From NCBI GenBank assembly GCA_031409335.1, contig JANNWY010000207.1, forward strand, positions 1 through 11,438: 11,438 nucleotides of DNA, written 5' to 3'. This document shows positions 6,461-11,438 of this stretch, in pieces. Position numbers and translations under genes: made by a program. Source of the DNA: Chthoniobacteraceae bacterium (GTDB lineage: Bacteria; Verrucomicrobiota; Verrucomicrobiia; Chthoniobacterales; Chthoniobacteraceae). Every line of letters begins with the position of its first letter. Positions within the stretch are counted from its first letter, which is position 1. The notes beneath the pieces are model-generated. The model saw nothing but the letters and a program-made list of their open reading frames with translations. It ran no database searches and was not told the DNA's origin.

Positions 6461-6595
6461 ATGAAACAACTGAAATCCCTTCTCACCCTCGCCTCGCTCT
6501 GCCCTCGCTCGTGGTTTGTTCACGCAGCGGAATTGCGGCAGTGGCCTTATCCCTCCAGGCAAGTCCTCGGGAGCACTGAAACCAAACACCCATGA
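6461..6595 (+). pseudogene. 44-codon ORF, possible relic of a secreted protein gene
   Basis: MKQLKSLLTLASLCPRSWFVHAAE looks like a damaged Sec signal peptide. Its stop overlaps the next ATG (ATGA at 6592-6595). Confidence 0.3.
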
Positions 6596-8961
6596 ACATC
6601 CATTCCCTTTCTCGTCTGCTTTTGGTCGCGATCGTGTCGCTGGGCTTTACTACCTGGGTGGGGCGGGCCGCTGCTGCGCCGCCGCCGGTGCCCATTATCT
6701 TCGACACCGACATGGGCGGGGATTGCGATGACGTGGGCGCGCTGTTTGTTTTGCACGGGGCAGTCGAGCGCGGAGAGGCGAAACTGCTGGCCACGATGGG
6801 GTGCATTTCTTCAGTGGCCATCGCGCCGTGCCTGGATGCCATCAATACCTGGTTTGGGCGGGCGGAGATTCCCCTCGGCACATTGAAAGATCCCGGATTT
6901 CTCGTCGGCCCCGGCTATCCCGCCGAAATCGTGAAACGCTTTCCCCATCGCCTTCCCGTCAGCGCGGACTACCCGGATGCCCTCGCGCTGTATCGCGAGA
7001 TTTTAGCGGCGCAGCCGGATGGCAGCGTAGTCATCGTGGCGGTCGGGCCGCTGCGAAACCTGGCGAACTTGCTCAAAGCCGACGCTGCACTCGTCGCTAA
7101 AAAAGTGAAGTGGCTGCACGTCATGGGCGGTCACTACCCGCCGCACGCGAAACAGAATGACGCCGAGTATAACTTTCAGAAAGACCCGGCCTCAGCCGCG
7201 CTTGTGTGTGCGAAATGGCCGACGCCGATTCTGTTCAACGGCGAGGGCGGCTCGACCAGTTCGGGGCGGCGGGTCACTTACGAAATGCCGGAACACAACC
7301 CGCTGACGATGGCCTACACGGCTTATCCGGGCGTGGGTTTCGCGGGCGACCGTCTGAGTTGGGATCCCGTTTCGTGCCTCGTCGCCGTTCGTGGGGCGGC
7401 ACCGTGGTATGAGGTCGTGAGCCAGGGCCGCAATGTCGTGGATGCTGCGACGGGCCTGAATACCTGGCGCGCGGGTGGGGAACACGGGCATTCGTATCTG
7501 GTTCTGAAAAAGGGAGCGAAAGCCGCAGTCGAGACGGCGCTGGAAGACTTGATGGTGGCGGGCCGGGGACGCCCGGCGCATCTCACTTTCAACACTGCCT
7601 ATTATGCTCAAGCAGGCATGGCCCAAATCACCGCCAGCGGCGCAGCAGATGCCACGATGGCCGCGAGCAAAGCGTTCGACCGTGACGAGAAAACGGCGTG
7701 GCTGAACAAGGCGGCGTCGAGCTGGATTCAGTGTCAGTATGCCGACGGACGGAAATCGCGCGTGACTTCGTATGCCGTGGTGTGTGGGGAACGGGAACGC
7801 CTGTCGCGCACGCTGGAACTGCTCGGTTCCAATGATGACGCCCGCACCTGGACGCGGCTGGATTTTCAAGAAGCTCCCGCCTTGCGCGAGCAGGCGACGC
7901 GACGCGAATTTCTCATCGCCCAGCCGGCGAAGTTCAACAGCTACCAACTTCGCGTGACGGCGGCGGATGGAAAAGCCGGCGTGCAGATTGCCACGTTGGA
8001 ACTAAACGAATCCATCCACTGCCGGCCCGGGGTCGCCGTCGCCAGCCTCAACCTCGACCAGTCATCCTTGCGCCTCGCCGCCCACACCCGTGCCACGCTC
8101 AACGCGACGCTGGCCCCGATGGACACGTTCGAGCGCGAAGTCATTTGGAGCAGCACCGACCCGACCGTGGCCGAGGTTCGGCGCATCGGCGAGCAGAGCG
8201 CCATCGTCGCCGCAAAGCAGCCCGGCACCTGCACCATCACGGCCAACATCGGCAAGGTGCGGCAGACCTGCGCAGTGACGGTCACTCCCGCTACGCTGCC
8301 GGAAGGCTGGAGCTTCGATGAACTCAGCGCGCCGCCGATTCCCGGCTCCGTGTCGGTGGTGGATGGTCGCTTCACCCTCACCGGTTGCGGTCATTCGATG
8401 ACCGGCTTTTGGGAGCGGAGGCAAGACCAGGGCGTCTATGTCAGCCAAGCCGTCCCGGGCGAAGCCACGATTTCCGCCCGCCTGACCAGCCTCGCGCCCA
8501 ATGTCGGCGGCCCCGCTTATCAATGGGACTCACGGCCGTCCACCGCTTCGGGCCTGATGCTCCGGGAATCACTCACCGAAGGCTGTGGCCGTTACGCGCT
8601 CATCCAGGTCGAGGCCACCGGCAAGCTCGTCTTCCGCTGGCGCGACAAAATCGGACCCGACGACAGCCACGCGAAGGAACTCGGCAAAGTAACTTTGCCC
8701 ATCCATCTCAAGCTCGTCCGCGCTGGCCGGCAGATCCAAGTCTTCACTTCCGCCGATGGTCAGAGCTGGAGCGAATCGCTGATGACTCACACGACCGCCT
8801 TCGATGGTCCGGGCCGCCTTGGACTTTTCACCTGCTCCGGCAACACCTTCTCGTCCACGACCGCTGAGTTTGAATATGTCACGCAAACAGGAAGACTAGG
8901 TGGAAGAGGAAGAAAACAGGCTGTGATCTGTTTCTGTCTGGGTGTGGGAAATGCGGGTTAG
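6592..8961 (+). CDS. Secreted multidomain protein: nucleoside hydrolase fold + F5/8-type C-like + Big_2 Ig-like + DUF1349/ConA-like domain
   Basis: Signal peptide ending RAAA. Hydrolase motifs IIFDTDMGGDCDDVGAL, VGPLRNL, VMGG, AEYNF and SWDP (~6690-7560). KAFD..KTAW/SWIQ/LLGSNDD..WTRLD (~7620-8010). VASLNLD..LNATLAP..VIWSSTDPTVAEV (~8035-8290). GLMLRESL..HLKLVRAG..TSADGQSW (~8295-8885). Confidence 0.85.
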   Translation: MNIHSLSRLLLVAIVSLGFTTWVGRAAAAPPPVPIIFDTDMGGDCDDVGALFVLHGAVERGEAKLLATMGCISSVAIAPCLDAINTWFGRAEIPLGTLKDPGFLVGPGYPAEIVKRFPHRLPVSADYPDALALYREILAAQPDGSVVIVAVGPLRNLANLLKADAALVAKKVKWLHVMGGHYPPHAKQNDAEYNFQKDPASAALVCAKWPTPILFNGEGGSTSSGRRVTYEMPEHNPLTMAYTAYPGVGFAGDRLSWDPVSCLVAVRGAAPWYEVVSQGRNVVDAATGLNTWRAGGEHGHSYLVLKKGAKAAVETALEDLMVAGRGRPAHLTFNTAYYAQAGMAQITASGAADATMAASKAFDRDEKTAWLNKAASSWIQCQYADGRKSRVTSYAVVCGERERLSRTLELLGSNDDARTWTRLDFQEAPALREQATRREFLIAQPAKFNSYQLRVTAADGKAGVQIATLELNESIHCRPGVAVASLNLDQSSLRLAAHTRATLNATLAPMDTFEREVIWSSTDPTVAEVRRIGEQSAIVAAKQPGTCTITANIGKVRQTCAVTVTPATLPEGWSFDELSAPPIPGSVSVVDGRFTLTGCGHSMTGFWERRQDQGVYVSQAVPGEATISARLTSLAPNVGGPAYQWDSRPSTASGLMLRESLTEGCGRYALIQVEATGKLVFRWRDKIGPDDSHAKELGKVTLPIHLKLVRAGRQIQVFTSADGQSWSESLMTHTTAFDGPGRLGLFTCSGNTFSSTTAEFEYVTQTGRLGGRGRKQAVICFCLGVGNAG

Positions 8962-9045
8962 AGGGATGACTTACCGACTGCAAAGTGGCGCAATCGCGAG
9001 GATCGCCAATCATCAAACTGTCGCCGTGGAGTGCTGCGAATTGGG

Positions 9046-9294
9046 CTAGGGCTTGTTTGAAAAAACGATTTTCTGAAAGCCTGAAAGGCTGCGACAACAC
9101 AGCCTTGGGCAACGCCTTGGGTTTGTTGTCACCATGCCAAAAGCCCTGAAAGGGCGGGACATCCCGCGTTCATTGGCTGTCGCGCCCCTTCAGGGATTGC
9201 CTTCGCTATTTTCGAGAACCTAGGGCGTTTGCCCTAGGCTGTGTTATCCCAGCCTTTCAGGCTTGCAGAGGGGTAGTTTGCAAACACGGGCTAG
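9046..9294. mobile_element. Putative MITE with CTAG at both ends enclosing the palindromic repeat
   Basis: The left end CTAGGGCTTGTTTGAAAA matches the reverse complement of the right end, CTAGCCCGTGTTTGCAAA, at 14/18. No credible coding capacity. Confidence 0.45.
9077..9264. repeat. Nested palindromic REP-like repeat (GCCCTGAAAGGGC type) between convergent genes
   Basis: An outer imperfect IR of about 45 bp (9077-9121 / 9219-9264) has its first 15 bp AAGCCTGAAAGGCTG perfect. An inner IR at 9144-9161 / 9178-9195 matches at 16/18. Confidence 0.9.
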
Positions 9295-9305
9295 CAGTCC
9301 GCGGC

Positions 9306-11297
9306 CTACGGCTTCGAGGCGCGGATGCGCCAGAAGGCTGAGCCAGTCGTCGTGGGTGCCGTGGTGCGGTAGGTCTCCGTGAGCCAGCCGGTTTGCGGGT
9401 TGGTGCCCGTTTGGAATGTCATGCTGGCGGTGGCGTCGGTCCAAGTGGCGAGGTCGGGCGCAGTCTGGAAGGTGACGGTGATGCCGGGCACCGCAGCGCG
9501 ACGGATGATGACGATGATGTGCGAGTCGGGCTGCTTTTGCGCGATGACGGCGTCGTGTCCGCTGGCGGAATTGCGTGGGTCGCTCGCGGTGGCAAATTCG
9601 GCGAAGTTCGCGAGGCCGTCGGCATCCGGGTCGGCGAGGTCGCCGGAGATGGCGCTGTTGGTCTGCTCGGCAATGGTAAAGTGTGCGCGCTGCCACTCGG
9701 TTTGGAGCGTCGGGCTTTCGCCGGGAGTCGGTGCGGCTAGGCTTGTGCGCCAGCTCGCGGCGGAGTTTTGCGCGCCGTTGAGGAAGACGAGGGAATGGCC
9801 AGCGCCGTCCGCATTTGCCGACCACGGCGTGGCATCGGTGTAGGCGATGCTGGTGATGGGCGCGGCGGCGGAATCCGCGAGCGCGATGGTCTCGCCGTTG
9901 TTGCTCAGCTCGCTGCCATCTTCAAAAATACCCGCGATGAGCGGCGCGAGCGATGCGCCGTAGCGGGCCAAAAATGCGGCGGTGTTGCGGACGATGAGCA
10001 CGCTCGCTCCGGCCACGACCGTGTGGCCAGGGGGGAAGGTGAACGCCACGCCAGCAGTGAAATTTACGCCAGTGAGGTCGAGCGTCTGCGCGGTGGTGTT
10101 TGTCAGTTCGATAAACTCGAAGAGTCCCGCGCTGGTGTGCCCGGCGTTGAACTCCGTGTCCGTCGGGTTCGCGGGGTTGTAGTCGAATTCGCTGATGATG
10201 AGTTCGCCCGCATTCGCCGCATTTCCGACGATGAAGGTGACCTCCTGCAACGGGCTCCATTCACTTACATTTTTTGCGCGGGCGCGGAGCGTGGTGGTCT
10301 GCGTGAGGGTGAATGAATTCCCAATACCAGCCGTCGGCGCGATGCCGCCGCCAGTCACTCTCGGGTCCGCTCCGCCGAGCGTGAAATAGTTCGTCGCTCC
10401 CGCCGTCGTGGTAAGTGTCACGACTGTCCCAGAGGCGACGACACCGCCGTAGATGCTGGGTTCCGGCGGAGTGAGCGTGGGGTAAAGTGATGCCGCACGG
10501 AGCTGCGAGACGACGACGGCGCTGCGGGCGTTGAAGTAGTTGTTGGCGTCGGTGACGGTGCGCGCGGTCCAGACGCCCTGCACGGTTTTCAGCGCGCCGC
10601 GATAGTCTCCCCAGCGTGCGCTTTCGGCATAGAGTCCAGGCTGGATCTTTGCGCGGAGCCCACTCCAGCGAGCGAGGTTGCGCGCGGTCGAGTAAGGCCC
10701 ATCGTGGAAGTAGTAGCGATACGCAGTGTCTGCGAGGCGCATCCTATACTCCGCATTCTGCCGCAAACCGACGTCCACTTGCCCCGGCGAAGTGCGCCAC
10801 CACGGGTCGCTGAACCCCTCGGGTGGCGTGACTTTATTTGCGCTTGTGTTGAAGCCCTGAAAGCCAAGGTCGTTGTCCCACGTGATGAAGCGCCAGCCGG
10901 GCGTGCGCGTCTGCACGTTGTCGTAAGCCGTGAAGAAATTCCCCGGCCAGTCGCCGTTCGCGGTGAAGTATCCATTGAGCGCGTAGCCGATGAAATCATC
11001 CACATCCAGGAGCCGCTTGAAAGCCATGTTGCGCGTGCCATCGGGGTTGTTGCCCTGCGCGGATTGATACGCGGCAGCGGTGGCAAAGCCTCCGCTGCTT
11101 TGCGACATGAGATCGTTCCACTCCACGAAATCTCCGCTGTCGAGCCGGTTGCCGCAGCAGAGATTGACGACATCGTATTCCTCGTTTTCGCCGCCAAGCA
11201 CGGTCTCGGCCCAATGCCCCTGCGGACGCTCCGTGGGATTGTAGAGTCCCCAGTAAAGTCCATTGAGGAACACGTGCGCGTAGCGATGCCGCGTGGC
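9306..11297 (-). pseudogene. 5'-truncated CotH-kinase / Fn3-associated / lamin-tail-domain surface protein
   Basis: Starts mid-CotH domain (YAHVFLNGLYWGLYNPTERP, DWPGNF, WRFITWDND, AESARWGD). It continues with YFTLGGADPR, a lamin tail domain (ELIISEFDYNP, FEFIELTN, LSNNGETIAL), DPDADGLANFAEFA and the C-terminal TAPDLATW...FWRIR. The first ~14 codons of the track ORF (ATG 11339) come from AT-rich foreign DNA. Confidence 0.8.
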
Positions 11298-11438
11298 GGG
11301 TGTGGTTAAAAGTGGAATGGCAAAGAATATAAATACCATAACTGTACTTTTTTGTGCATGTGCTTAGATTCCCGCGTCCATGAACAAAAAGGACACCGAG
11401 TTGAGCGAAACAGAACGAACAAAACGCCTCGCAGAGGA
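11298..11438 (+). mobile_element. Left end of a probable IS element (possibly ISKra4 family) running off the window
   Basis: Abrupt switch to AT-rich DNA beginning GGGTGTGGTTAAAAGT exactly where CotH similarity ends. An ORF from ATG 11380 (MNKKDTELSETERTKRLAE...) is open to the edge. The family assignment rests on recalled end motifs only. Confidence 0.55.

Noticed and set aside
8879..9112. 77-aa minus-strand ORF
   Set aside because: Starts inside the palindromic repeat, overlaps the hydrolase end and has no recognisable motif.
9077..9264. CRISPR array or integron attC interpretation of the repeats
   Set aside because: The repeats are inverted and nested, not regularly spaced direct repeats with spacers. 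No cas or integrase gene and no repeated attC-like sites between genes were seen.

Overview
GC-rich bacterial DNA, most consistent with Verrucomicrobiota (inferred from A/C-rich starts lacking a Shine-Dalgarno site and a CotH/lamin-tail protein with a PVC-type C-terminus). The window appears bounded by two outward-reading IS elements. The left one (IS1182/IS5-like) truncates a TetR gene and the right one (possibly ISKra4-like) truncates a CotH-LTD surface protein gene. The core is a + strand cluster: TspO, SRPBCC, DUF1801/YdhG, ABM monooxygenase, YcaQ-type DNA glycosylase, YCII/DGPF protein, AHSA1-SRPBCC, VOC/glyoxalase, AlkD-like glycosylase and an ECF42-type sigma factor broken after region 2. 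Two near-identical ECF-type promoters (TGTCCTCGGC-N8-TCGTTCGTCGT) head its two sub-operons. The best candidate for an undescribed system is an ECF42-controlled genotoxin-defence regulon, now possibly orphaned because the local sigma is truncated. Downstream are a REP-like hairpin, a secreted four-module nucleoside-hydrolase-fold protein and a CTAG-flanked nested-palindrome MITE/REP element. All family calls come from motif recognition by eye; no database searches were run.
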